In this document: piece after piece, positions 19,088 to 30,523 of the stretch | Layout: each line of letters opens with the position of its first letter | How positions within the stretch are numbered: position 1 is the first letter of the stretch | Assembly (NCBI GenBank): GCA_965652295.1 | Contig: CBFGTS010000004.1 | Location: forward strand, 128,001 to 192,000 | Direction of reading: 5' to 3' | Length of the DNA stretch: 64,000 nucleotides | Source of the DNA: an uncultured Haloferula sp. | GTDB lineage: Bacteria; Verrucomicrobiota; Verrucomicrobiia; Verrucomicrobiales; Akkermansiaceae | The notes under the pieces: model-generated | Told to the model about the DNA's origin: nothing | Seen by the model: the letters and a program-made list of their open reading frames with translations, nothing else | Databases searched by the model: none | Translations under genes and position numbers: made by a program

Positions 19088-19225
19088 TCCGGCAATCACG
19101 CGCCTGAACATCGGCGGGTTCTTCGAATCCTGAAGAACCCGGTGGGTCCTCGTCCCAGACGAAATCAGGACCAGTTCCTATTTCCAGCCCCGCGGGCGAA
19201 TGATGCCCGCTCACCTCTATCTGCC

Positions 19226-19804
19226 ATGACCTCTTTATTCACCCAACGTCTCATTCTTCGCCCTCCGAGCATGGAGGACATCGACGACATCGTGCGCCTG
19301 CTGGGAGACCGGCGGGTGGCGGAGATGATGAGCGGTGTGCCCTGGCCGTATGAACGAAAGCACGCCGAGGAGTGGCTTCCCGATGCGATCGCTGCTCATG
19401 AACAGGGCAAGGGCGAGGCCTTCGTCATCGCGCTCCGTGAGACGGGCGAGCTGATGGGAGTCATCGGCCTTCACCCGGATGAAGCCGCTCCCTGGGCGTG
19501 GTTCGGCTACTGGTTGGGCGTGCCTTACTGGGGACGCGGATACATGACCGAGGCGCTGGAGGAAATCCTGCGCTTCGGTTTCGAGGAGCGCGGCTTCAGG
19601 CGATTGGAAGCGTGCCATTTCACCCACAATCCGGCGTCGGGCCGGGTGATGTTGAAAGCGGGGCTGACGCAGGAGGGTGTGCAGAAACTGAGAGTGATGC
19701 GTGCCGGTGAACTCTACGACCGGGCCATCTACGGAATCATCGACGAGGAATGGCGGGCCGCCCGAAAGAGCCCGCAGGAAACGAATGAAACTGCTGAATC
19801 ATGA
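19226..19804 (+). CDS. GNAT acetyltransferase, RimJ/RimL family
   Basis: TQRLILRP, GYWLGVPYWGRGYMTEAL, NPASGRVMLKAG. Start at MTSLF. Confidence 0.9.
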   Translation: MTSLFTQRLILRPPSMEDIDDIVRLLGDRRVAEMMSGVPWPYERKHAEEWLPDAIAAHEQGKGEAFVIALRETGELMGVIGLHPDEAAPWAWFGYWLGVPYWGRGYMTEALEEILRFGFEERGFRRLEACHFTHNPASGRVMLKAGLTQEGVQKLRVMRAGELYDRAIYGIIDEEWRAARKSPQETNETAES

Positions 19805-21311
19805 AGACCTGATCGCGGCCGGATACGAACCCGGGCCGCGGTTCAAGGTGATGTTCGAAAAGCTCGCCGAGTACGAAGCGCGGGGTATCTCGGACAAGAA
19901 ATACGCGCTGAAGCTGCTGAAGCGGGACTTCGGTGCGCCGGAGCCGAAGCGGGTGCTGCGGGGTAGTCCCGCGCCGCTGGCCGAGGCGATCCGGCCGGAA
20001 ACGCAGGACGAGCGCGAGAACGTGGCGGCGGTTCGCCGGCAAATGGAGCAGCTGCTCCGGGTGCCGGTGATCGCACGCGGTGCGGTTATGCCGGACGCCT
20101 GCCCGGCCGGTGCCGGAGTGGCCGTGATCCCGGTTGGCGGGGCGATCGCGGTCGAAGGCGCGATCATTCCCTCGGCCCACTCGGCGGATGTCTGCTGCTC
20201 GATGTCCGCCACTTTCTACGAGGAACGTCGTAGCGTGACGGAGGATCTCGATGCGCTGGTCTCGGCGACGCGTTTCGGGCCGGGGTACCGGGCACCGGAT
20301 GATCTGGTGCATGATCCGGTCCTCGACGAACCGGTGTGGGAAAACCGTTTCCTCAACGGGCTGCGCGAGCGTGCGTCCGCACAACTGGCGGATCAGGGCG
20401 ATGGCAATCACTTCGCCTTCGTGGGCGAGGTGGACGTCACGCCGGAAATGCTCGCCGTGCTGCGGATCGTCGCGCACTCGGAGCTGGCCGGGGCTTTGAA
20501 GGCGAAGCGCTACCGGGTGCTGGTGACTCATCACGGGTCGCGCAGCCTGGGCGCGCACGTTTTCAAGCGCGGTCAGATCGCGGCGGTGAAACACACCGGT
20601 CGGGCCGGTCGCGGCATCCCGGAGGCGGCGGCGTGGCTGGATGCGGATTCGCCCGAGGGACTCGAATACTGGGACGCGCTGCAATACGTCGCCCGCTGGA
20701 CGAAGGCGAACCACCGGGCGGTGCACCGTCGTTTCCTCGAACGGATCGGCGGCGCGGCGGTGGCCGAGGTGGGCAACGAGCACAACTTCGTGTGGCGGCG
20801 CGGTGACCTTTTTCTCCACGGAAAAGGAGCGACTCCCGCGTGGCGCGACGAGCAGGGACGCCCGCAGCTGGGCCTGATTCCCCTGAACATGTCGGAGCCG
20901 GTGTTGCTGGTGCTCGGCTCGGACAATGAGGAGTTCCTGTCCTTCGCGCCGCACGGCGCGGGGCGGAATCTGTCGCGGACCGCGCTGCGCCGGAAGTTCC
21001 CGGACGAAGCGTCGCGGCGCGATGCGATCGCCCGCGGAACCGCCGGTCTCGATGTCCGCTGGTTCTGCGGCAAGCCGGACCTCAGCGAACTGCCGGTGGC
21101 TTACAAGAACGCGGAGAGCGTGAAGGCGCAGATCCGGGAGTTCGGCCTGGCCGAGGTGGTGGCGGAGATCCGTCCGCTCGGTTGTGTGATGGCGGGCGAT
21201 TCCGGTCGCACGTGGCGCGACCGGGAGGAAGAGCTGACGCCGAAGCAGAAGCGCCAGATCCAGCATCGCAAGGACCGGCGGCGGACGAATCAGGAATTGC
21301 GGGAGTGGTGA
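19785..21311 (+). CDS. rtcB: RtcB family RNA ligase
   Basis: MPDAC, PVGG, SADVCCS, GDGNHF, THHGSR, NEHNF, HGKGATPA, PHGAGR, ELPVAYK. Start at MKLLNHEDL overlaps the GNAT 3' end. Confidence 0.9.
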   Translation: MKLLNHEDLIAAGYEPGPRFKVMFEKLAEYEARGISDKKYALKLLKRDFGAPEPKRVLRGSPAPLAEAIRPETQDERENVAAVRRQMEQLLRVPVIARGAVMPDACPAGAGVAVIPVGGAIAVEGAIIPSAHSADVCCSMSATFYEERRSVTEDLDALVSATRFGPGYRAPDDLVHDPVLDEPVWENRFLNGLRERASAQLADQGDGNHFAFVGEVDVTPEMLAVLRIVAHSELAGALKAKRYRVLVTHHGSRSLGAHVFKRGQIAAVKHTGRAGRGIPEAAAWLDADSPEGLEYWDALQYVARWTKANHRAVHRRFLERIGGAAVAEVGNEHNFVWRRGDLFLHGKGATPAWRDEQGRPQLGLIPLNMSEPVLLVLGSDNEEFLSFAPHGAGRNLSRTALRRKFPDEASRRDAIARGTAGLDVRWFCGKPDLSELPVAYKNAESVKAQIREFGLAEVVAEIRPLGCVMAGDSGRTWRDREEELTPKQKRQIQHRKDRRRTNQELREW

Positions 21312-21400
21312 AGAACGGCGTGCCCATCGATGGATGGGCGCGCCGGAATTCTGTCTCGATTGCCGCTTGAGACCGGCGGGTCGGCCCGATGGAATGGGAC

Positions 21401-22678
21401 GTGAAGAAGTTGCTGCATGTGCTTTTGGCGGGAATCGCGATGTTGGGTTCGGCGCGGGGTGAAGAGGGGTTCCGGACCTGGACCAGCTCGGCGGGTACCA
21501 GTCTGGAGGCCCGGGTGGTCTCGGTGGAGGGAGATCGGGTGACGCTGGAGAAGCAGGGAGGTGGTTCCCTCACCGTGAAGCTGGCCCAGCTTTCCCAAGA
21601 CGACCGGAGCTTCCTCGCATCGTGGAAAAAACCGGAGGCTCCGAAGGGCGCGACGACGATCGATGGCATCGCCGCGGAGCCGGGCCGCGTGTCGGGAGAG
21701 ATCCCATGCCAGGCGAAACCGGAGTGGAGCTATCTTGTCTATCTTCCTCAGGAGTTTCACATGGGCCGGAAATGGCCGGTGTGCTTCGTGATGGATGCCG
21801 GCGGAGGCTCGGCAGGATCGCTGAACCGCTACGTCACGGCGGCCGACCGGTTCGGAATCATCATGGTGGTGTCCAAGCAATCCCGAAACGGATTCGATGG
21901 CGCGATCGAGGCGATGGTTTCGATGAACGAGGATGTGCACGCCCGGTTTCCGGTGTGGAAGGACATGGTGTTTTCCTCCGGCATGTCGGGAGGCAGTCGG
22001 CAGGCCTTCCTGTTGTCGGAAAAAGACGACCAGATCGCCGGGGTCCTCGCCTGTGGATCGGGGGGCGGCGTCTATGCCGAGGGCGGGTTCCGTCCGGTGG
22101 ACCTCCGCAAGTCGGTGGTGGTTTGTAGCCTGATGGGCACCAATTGCTTCAACCGCAGCGAGTCGGTGAGATCCCACAAGAGCTTCCCATCGACGTCGCG
22201 ATTGATCTGGTTCGCCGGGAATCATGACTGGGCGTCGAGCGAGTGGATCGTCGAAGGGATGGCGCACGTCTATGGGACGGCGCTCGCGAAATCGCGGGAC
22301 AAGGAGCTGGGCGAGCTGCGCGATGACTTCGCCACGGCATGCTTCGAGTGGGCGAAAGAGCGGCAGGAACAGGCTCCGTGGACGACTTGGATTTGGGCCG
22401 ATTTCCTCAGCGATTTCCCGGCATCGAACGCGGTGCCCGCGGAGGCCAAGGCGTTGGCGGCCGAACTCGCGAAAGATCCCGAGGTGAAACGGGGGCTCGA
22501 AGCGGAAAAGGAGGTTCAAAGTTTCGCCGCGAAGCATTTCCATGCCTTGGGCTCCCAAGCGGACTCGGCGGCCGATGAGGGACGGCAGCGGGCCGCGGAG
22601 AAGGAAGCGGAGAAGTTCGACGGGCTACCTCAGGCCGAGGTGCTCAAACGGATGGGTCAGCCCTCGGTCAAGCCGTGA
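21401..22678 (+). CDS. Secreted SHD1-domain protein with alpha/beta-hydrolase-like domain
   Basis: Signal peptide; FRTWTSSAG.SLEA...LSQDDRSF (SHD1); GMSGG nucleophile elbow. Confidence 0.72.
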   Translation: MKKLLHVLLAGIAMLGSARGEEGFRTWTSSAGTSLEARVVSVEGDRVTLEKQGGGSLTVKLAQLSQDDRSFLASWKKPEAPKGATTIDGIAAEPGRVSGEIPCQAKPEWSYLVYLPQEFHMGRKWPVCFVMDAGGGSAGSLNRYVTAADRFGIIMVVSKQSRNGFDGAIEAMVSMNEDVHARFPVWKDMVFSSGMSGGSRQAFLLSEKDDQIAGVLACGSGGGVYAEGGFRPVDLRKSVVVCSLMGTNCFNRSESVRSHKSFPSTSRLIWFAGNHDWASSEWIVEGMAHVYGTALAKSRDKELGELRDDFATACFEWAKERQEQAPWTTWIWADFLSDFPASNAVPAEAKALAAELAKDPEVKRGLEAEKEVQSFAAKHFHALGSQADSAADEGRQRAAEKEAEKFDGLPQAEVLKRMGQPSVKP

Positions 22679-22722
22679 CGCCGGGTTTGCTCGAAGGCGG
22701 ACGAGCCGCTAGAGCTTCGGCT

Positions 22723-23127
22723 GTGACCCTCGATGTCTCCACGCCCGCGCTGCTCTTTCCGGCGATCAGCCTGCTGTTCCTTTCCTTCACCAACCGGTTC
22801 CTGCATCTCGCGGCGCTGATCCGGCAGCTCCACGCCGATTGGCTGGAGCGGCAGGACGAGACCTTGATGCTCCAGATTTCCAACCTCCGGAAGCGCCTGA
22901 CCTTGATCCGCTGGATGCAATTTCTCGGCGCGGTGAGTCTGTTTCTTTGCGTGATCTCGATGGTCGCCGTGGTGGCCGCGTGGCAATGGCTGGCTGTTCC
23001 GTGTTTCGCGGCGGCGCTGGGATTGATGGGGGCGTCGCTGGCCTGCCTGATGGTCGAGGTCTGGATTTCCGGCGGCGCGCTGCGCATCCTGCTGCGGAAC
23101 CTGGAGGAAAACTGCCGGGGAAACTGA
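22723..23127 (+). CDS. DUF2721-type membrane protein
   Basis: TPALLFPAISLLFLSFTNRFL...QISNLRKRL. Confidence 0.75.
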   Translation: MTLDVSTPALLFPAISLLFLSFTNRFLHLAALIRQLHADWLERQDETLMLQISNLRKRLTLIRWMQFLGAVSLFLCVISMVAVVAAWQWLAVPCFAAALGLMGASLACLMVEVWISGGALRILLRNLEENCRGN

Positions 23128-23131
23128 ACCG

Positions 23132-24211
23132 ATGAAATCCGCCCTTTCCCAGATCCCCGCGGATGTGGTCGCGCTTTGCGACTACGAACGTCTCGCGCCG
23201 GAATTCATTTCCTCCGAGGCCTGGGCTTATCTCTCCGGCGGGGCGGGGGACGAGCATGCCTTGAGGGGAAACCGCGAGGCTTTTCAGCAATGGGTGATCG
23301 AGCCATCGGTGCTGTCGGGCATGACCGGTGCTACGACGGAGATCATACTTGGGGATCTGCGTCTGCCGCACCCTTTGGTGGTCGCGCCGATGGCGGCGCA
23401 CCGGATGTTTCATCCGCAAGGCGAGGTGGCCACGACGCTCGGAGCAGCGGCGATGGGCGCAGGGCTGGTAATGAGCTGTCGTGCCAGTGTGGCGATCGAG
23501 GCGGTGCCGCGGCATCAGGGCGTGCCGCTTTGGTTCCAGCTCTATGTGCGGAAAGACCGGGCATTCATGGAGCGCCTCGTGCGGCGGCTGGAGGCGGCGG
23601 GCTGCGATGGGTTGGTGGTGACCGTGGACGCGCCGGTCAACGGCATCCGCAATCGCGAGCAGCGTGCGGGCTTTCGATTCCCCGCGGAAATCGAGGTGCC
23701 CCATCTCGAGGGTGAGCCGGCGTGGCCGGAGGTGGAGTCGGTTCTGGATCCTGCCTACCTCGCGGAGCTGCCGGGGTGGGAGGATGTGATGTGGTTGAAG
23801 TCCATCACCCGGCTTCCGGTGTGGGTGAAGGGCGTGCTGACGACGGATGATACCCGGCTGGCGGTGAATGCAGGAGTCGATGGCATCGTCGTTTCCAACC
23901 ATGGCGGCCGGACGCTCGACGCGCTGCCGGCTCCGCTGGGGGTGCTGCCTGAAATCGCCACAGCGGTGGAGGGGCGGGTGCCGGTGATTGTCGACGGGGG
24001 GATCCGGCGGGGCACGGATGTGTTCATCGCTCTGGCGCTCGGTGCGGACGCGGTGATGATCGGTCGCCCGGTCCTCCATGGTCTGGCCGTGGCGGGGGCG
24101 GTCGGAGTGGCGCACGTGATGAAGATCCTCCGCCATGAGCTGGAGGTGGCGATGCTGCTGGCGGGGTGCCGGACGGTCGCCGAGGTCCGGGGGAAGGTCC
24201 GGCGGCGATGA
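23132..24211 (+). CDS. FMN-dependent alpha-hydroxy acid oxidase/dehydrogenase
   Basis: WFQLY, VTVDAP, VKG, VSNHGGRTLD, DGGIRRGTD. Confidence 0.92.
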   Translation: MKSALSQIPADVVALCDYERLAPEFISSEAWAYLSGGAGDEHALRGNREAFQQWVIEPSVLSGMTGATTEIILGDLRLPHPLVVAPMAAHRMFHPQGEVATTLGAAAMGAGLVMSCRASVAIEAVPRHQGVPLWFQLYVRKDRAFMERLVRRLEAAGCDGLVVTVDAPVNGIRNREQRAGFRFPAEIEVPHLEGEPAWPEVESVLDPAYLAELPGWEDVMWLKSITRLPVWVKGVLTTDDTRLAVNAGVDGIVVSNHGGRTLDALPAPLGVLPEIATAVEGRVPVIVDGGIRRGTDVFIALALGADAVMIGRPVLHGLAVAGAVGVAHVMKILRHELEVAMLLAGCRTVAEVRGKVRRR

Positions 24212-24238
24212 AGGGTTGATGCGGACGCGGGCCGGGGC

Positions 24239-25615
24239 ATGATCGCCGACGTGGATCTGTTTTCCCCGAAACCCTCGTTCGAGCCGAAGGCGCTGAGCGT
24301 GACCCAGCTGGTGCGCCGGATGAAAAACCTGCTGGAAATCCAGCTCGGCGAGCAATGGGTGGAGGGCGAAGTTTCAAATCTGCGGAAGCAGGGCAGCGGG
24401 CACTGGTACTTCTCGCTGAAGGACGCGAATGCCCAGATTTCCTGTGCGATGTTCGGCGCGATGCGGAAGCCGGGGGCGGAGGCTCTGCAGGACGGGGCCA
24501 AGGTCCGGGTTTTTGCCGAGCCGAGCGTGTATGAGGCCCGCGGGCAGTTGCAGATCATCGTGCAGAAGGTCGAGCGCGCCGGGGTGGGCGACTTGCAGGC
24601 CAGGTTCGAGGCGCTGAAGCAGAAACTGGAAGCGGAGGGTTTGTTCGCCGCGGAACGGAAGAAGCCGCTGCCGGCATTTCCCACGGTGGTCGGCATCGTG
24701 ACTTCCGGGACGGGCGCGGCGATCGAGGATATCCTCCATGTCATGGGGCGCCGCGCGCCATGGGTGAAGCCGGTGCTTTTCCCGGTTCGGGTGCAGGGGA
24801 AGGGAGCGGAGAGGGAGATTGCCGAAGCCATCCGGCGGATGAGCGAGCCGGAGAATTACGGGATTCCCCGTTGCGACGTCTTGATCGTGGGTCGTGGCGG
24901 CGGTTCGCTCGAAGACCTGTGGAATTTCAACGAGGAAGAGGTGGCCCGCGCGATCGCCGCCTGTCCGCTGCCGGTCATTTCGGCGGTCGGGCACGAGATC
25001 GATTTCACCATCTCGGACTTCGTGGCGGATCGTCGTGCGCCGACGCCGAGTGCCGCGGCGGAAATGGCGGTGCCGGACGGTGAGGCTCTTTGCCAGAGGA
25101 TGGAGGTGCTCGGACGGCGGATCCAGCGGCGCGTGTTGGAGCGCTTCGAGCGTCTCGAGCTGGTGCTGGCGAATGCGCGGCGCGGGGTGCTTTCCCGGGG
25201 AGGAGAGCGATTGCTGCGGGAACCGGCGATGAGGATCGATGCGCTGCGGGGGCAACTTGCGGCGTCCGCCGCCAACGCGTGGCGCGGGCAGCGGGCGGAG
25301 GTGCGGTCGCTGGCGATGCGGCTCTCCCTAATGAAGCCGGAGCGTCAGGTGACCCAGCGTCTTGAGCGACTTGCGGCGCTTTCCCGCCAGCTGGAGCGGG
25401 CGGGGAAAGCGGCCCTGGCGGAGAGAGTCGAACGCCTCCAACGTTTGGCCAGCGTGCTCCGGGCCCTCGGGCCCGAATCCGCGTTTGAAAGAGGGTTTTC
25501 CATCACCACCGACGAGGACGGCCGGATCGTCCGATCGATCTCGAAAGTCCGCCCTGGACAAATGATTCAAACGCGCGTTTCTGACGGTATTTTGAAAAGT
25601 CGGATCGAACTATGA
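24239..25615 (+). CDS. xseA: Exodeoxyribonuclease VII large subunit
   Basis: WVEGEVSN, SGHWYFSLKD, RGGGSLEDLW, SAVGHEID, APTPSAAAE. Confidence 0.95.
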   Translation: MIADVDLFSPKPSFEPKALSVTQLVRRMKNLLEIQLGEQWVEGEVSNLRKQGSGHWYFSLKDANAQISCAMFGAMRKPGAEALQDGAKVRVFAEPSVYEARGQLQIIVQKVERAGVGDLQARFEALKQKLEAEGLFAAERKKPLPAFPTVVGIVTSGTGAAIEDILHVMGRRAPWVKPVLFPVRVQGKGAEREIAEAIRRMSEPENYGIPRCDVLIVGRGGGSLEDLWNFNEEEVARAIAACPLPVISAVGHEIDFTISDFVADRRAPTPSAAAEMAVPDGEALCQRMEVLGRRIQRRVLERFERLELVLANARRGVLSRGGERLLREPAMRIDALRGQLAASAANAWRGQRAEVRSLAMRLSLMKPERQVTQRLERLAALSRQLERAGKAALAERVERLQRLASVLRALGPESAFERGFSITTDEDGRIVRSISKVRPGQMIQTRVSDGILKSRIEL

Positions 25616-25618
25616 ACC

Positions 25619-26185
25619 ATGGAAACCCTGCCGCCGGAACTGCTGCTCAGCGCTTATGCTCAGGGGGTTTTCCCGATGGCGGAAGACGGGCAGATCCTGT
25701 GGTTCTCGCCGCAGCAGCGCGGCGTGATCCCCTTGGGGAAAGATTTTCACATCCCTCACGGGCTGAGGCGCACGCTTCGGAAACAACCGTTTGAAATCCG
25801 TTTTGACACGGCGTTTCCCGAGGTCATGGAAGGATGCGCGGACCGGGCGGAGACGTGGATCGACGAGCAGATCAAAGCGAGCTACCGGAGACTCCACGAG
25901 CAGGGGTTCGCCCACTCCGTGGAGTGCTGGGATGAGGAAGGGCTGCAAGGCGGCCTCTACGGGGTGTCGCTCGGCCGTGCGTTCTTCGGCGAGAGCATGT
26001 TTTCGAGGAAGGCCGACGCCTCGAAGGTCGCGCTGGTGCATCTCGTGGAGCGGCTCCGGGAGCGGGATTTCCTGCTGCTGGACACGCAGTGGATGACGCC
26101 GCACCTGCGGACCTTTGGCGGGCACGAAATTTCCCGCGAGGAGTATCTGGTCCGGCTGGCGGAGGCGGTGGATGAATGGCATTGA
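25619..26185 (+). CDS. aat: Leucyl/phenylalanyl-tRNA--protein transferase
   Basis: [39 protein letters not shown]. Confidence 0.94.
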   Translation: METLPPELLLSAYAQGVFPMAEDGQILWFSPQQRGVIPLGKDFHIPHGLRRTLRKQPFEIRFDTAFPEVMEGCADRAETWIDEQIKASYRRLHEQGFAHSVECWDEEGLQGGLYGVSLGRAFFGESMFSRKADASKVALVHLVERLRERDFLLLDTQWMTPHLRTFGGHEISREEYLVRLAEAVDEWH

Positions 26186-26276
26186 TGGGAGGCTTGAGGA
26201 AACTCACCGAACCTCTCGGCTTTGGCCCTTGACCGGTCGGACGGTGCCTTTCAGCGTCGCGCATCTTTTTCGCGAC

Positions 26277-27458
<1,182 letters not shown>

Positions 27459-27479
27459 TGCGCTTACCGGTATCCCGCT

Positions 27480-27881
27480 ATGAAAGGAATCGGCATTGAA
27501 GAAGCGGCATTCACGGGATATCCTGCGACTGACATCGCACGGACACGCAAGTTCTACGGTGAAATCCTCGGCCTGAAGGAAGGTATGGTCTTCGACCACG
27601 AAGGCCAGGTCGGCTGGGTCGAATTCGAGATCCCGGGCGGCCACACGCTCGCGATCGCCCAAGCCAACGATCAATGGCAGCCGAACCCGAATGGCGGTGG
27701 GATCTGCTTTGAAGTTGAAGACCTGGATGCCGCTGTCGCCAGACTCAAAGAGGCGGGAGTGACCGTGGTCCTTCCGATTCAGGATTATCCCATCTGCCGC
27801 ATGTCCCTGATCGCCGATCCCGATGGCAACACGGTGGCGATCCATCAGAAGAAGCCGAATCATCCCGAGTGTTCGCATTGA
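27480..27881 (+). CDS. VOC/glyoxalase family protein
   Basis: KFYGEILGL, ICFEVEDLDA, IADPDGNTV. Confidence 0.85.
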   Translation: MKGIGIEEAAFTGYPATDIARTRKFYGEILGLKEGMVFDHEGQVGWVEFEIPGGHTLAIAQANDQWQPNPNGGGICFEVEDLDAAVARLKEAGVTVVLPIQDYPICRMSLIADPDGNTVAIHQKKPNHPECSH

Positions 27882-27908
27882 TTTCAGATCCATTCCCACA
27901 ATTCCACC

Positions 27909-28805
<897 letters not shown>

Positions 28806-28808
28806 GGG

Positions 28809-29201
28809 TCAAGCTGGGGGAATCCCCCAGCTTTCCCGGAGAGCAACCCGCTCGCTGAAGCCATCGTCGCAGGCGACGAGGTGGAGGTGCTTGTCCTCGA
28901 TCCACCACAGGGCGCGTTGCTTGAAGCGGCGACCGAGGGACAGGGCGGTGGCCAGGTCACAACGGACGGCCCAGCCGGGTTCGGCGTGGGTGGCATCGGC
29001 GGCCATGCAGGTGATCCGCTGGTGGGGGAGGTGCTTTCTTTCCAGGAGACGCCGCAGGCGGTGATCGGCCGCGCGGTTCATGCGCCCGCTCCAGCGCTGG
29101 TCCATGGGGTTCCAGGCGGTGACGATGGCGAACGGTTCCGCCGGCACGGGGCCGGCGGAGGAAAAACGGCAGTCGTAGTAGTCGGCGGGGAAGCGGGGCA
29201 T
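28809..29201 (-). CDS. DUF3293-type protein
   Basis: FAIVTAWNP...N.AAD..L, HAEPGW, LGRRFKQRALWW. Start uncertain (up to 29267). Confidence 0.72.
   Translation of the reverse strand: MPRFPADYYDCRFSSAGPVPAEPFAIVTAWNPMDQRWSGRMNRAADHRLRRLLERKHLPHQRITCMAADATHAEPGWAVRCDLATALSLGRRFKQRALWWIEDKHLHLVACDDGFSERVALRESWGIPPA
28811..28834. terminator. Hairpin after sucD overlapping the end of the convergent gene
   Basis: AAGCTGGGGG-AAT-CCCCCAGCTT perfect stem. Confidence 0.6.
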
Positions 29202-29395
29202 GGCGTCGAAGGGGTCCTCGGGCTGGAGTCGAGAGGTCGGCCGCCACTTGTCAGAAACCATCGGCAAACCAGAGGGGAGCGTGGGGAAAAAATGTCACTC
29301 TTCAAGGGTTTCGGTCGCCGCCGGTGTTCAACTCAACGGAGCGCGAACAACCCGTGAGCTCCGATTCGAACTGACAACAAACCAAACCAAAGACC

Positions 29396-29704
29396 ATGAA
29401 AACCAACCTCCTCACTCTTGCCGTGACCGTGGTCACAGCGATTTCATTCAGCCCTGTTGCGCTCGCCCGTCCGGATTTTCCGGTCCAGCGGAAGACCTCC
29501 GGACCAGCCGCAAGGGGACCTTCCGCCATGCAGAGCGAAGTCTGCAAAGGGAGCGACTGCTGCACCACGAAGACGGTGATCTCCGTGGCGCAAGGTGGCC
29601 GCGGCTCGCACAACTCGTTCAAAAAGGTCCGTCACTGCAAGGAGAGCTGCCTGGTTCCGGCGGAGAACAAGCGCCCTGTTTGCCGCCAGGGACACCGGGC
29701 GTGA
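29396..29704 (+). CDS. Small secreted Cys-rich protein
   Basis: Signal peptide (ALA); six Cys in CKGSDCC, CKESC and C. Confidence 0.65.
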   Translation: MKTNLLTLAVTVVTAISFSPVALARPDFPVQRKTSGPAARGPSAMQSEVCKGSDCCTTKTVISVAQGGRGSHNSFKKVRHCKESCLVPAENKRPVCRQGHRA

Positions 29705-29747
29705 CATCGATCCCGGCAGGCTGCTACCTTGTCGCCATCCAAACACC

Positions 29748-30050
29748 ATGAAGGATTCGGAATTCGATGACCTGTTGAAGACGGCAAAAGGCCCTGTTCT
29801 TTTGCCGTCTTCCTTCCGGCACGGAGTCTGGAGCCGCATCAAAGAGCAGGAATCCGAGGTGCCGAAACGCGCTGCCTGGTTCCAGCCCGTCCTCGGTCTC
29901 TTCCTCCGCCCCTGGGGAGCCGTTGCAGGGATGGCGGCGACGGTCGCCGTGGGGGTGTGGCTGGGTTCTGCTTCCGTTCCTGGCACGGAGGGTTCAAAGC
30001 AAGCGTACGCTGAATCGATCAGCCCCTTCGCCCACCCCCTCGGCAGATGA
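29748..30050 (+). CDS. Small single-TM anti-sigma factor (CnrY-like position)
   Basis: F...VWSRI cytoplasmic part plus one TM helix; precedes the sensor and ECF sigma genes. Confidence 0.6.
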   Translation: MKDSEFDDLLKTAKGPVLLPSSFRHGVWSRIKEQESEVPKRAAWFQPVLGLFLRPWGAVAGMAATVAVGVWLGSASVPGTEGSKQAYAESISPFAHPLGR

Positions 30051-30517
30051 AGAGATACCTGATACTTCTGGCCGTGGCCTTGCTGGCAGGTTCGGTGGCG
30101 TTTTGCGTGACACGTTCCCACAAATTGGCGGAGCGCAAGACGGTGCTGCTGGACGCGATGCCGGAGCTGGCGTGGGTGCGTGAAGAGCTGGAGCTCACGG
30201 ATGATCAGTTTGCGAGGATCGCCGCGCTGCACGCCGCCTATCGACCCACATGTGTGGAAATGTGTCGGCGGATCGCCGACGCCCAGGGGAGGGTCGAGGC
30301 CGCCGCGCGGGGCACGCGGAATATGGTGCCGGAGCTCGAGGTGGCGATTCGCGAGCATGCGGAGATCCACGCGCAGTGTCAGGAGGAGATGCTGAAGCAC
30401 CTTTATGAAACGGCGGCCTTGCTCGAAGAGGAGCAGGCGGACCGCTACTTGGAGACCATGCTGCCTTTCGGCCTGGACTCCACGCCGATTGAAACCGGCG
30501 ACAGGCATTCTCGCTAG
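30047..30517 (+). CDS. Periplasmic heavy-metal sensor (CnrX/NccX/Spy-like)
   Basis: TM anchor; WVREELELTDDQ..I.ALH.AY...CVEMC, CQEEML.HLYE...LL.EEQ..RY. Confidence 0.75.
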   Translation: MKRYLILLAVALLAGSVAFCVTRSHKLAERKTVLLDAMPELAWVREELELTDDQFARIAALHAAYRPTCVEMCRRIADAQGRVEAAARGTRNMVPELEVAIREHAEIHAQCQEEMLKHLYETAALLEEEQADRYLETMLPFGLDSTPIETGDRHSR

Positions 30518-30523
30518 AATGTC

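Noticed and set aside
19088..19141. Intact tRNA gene
   Set aside because: Only a T-loop-like string; no acceptor, D or anticodon stems could be drawn.
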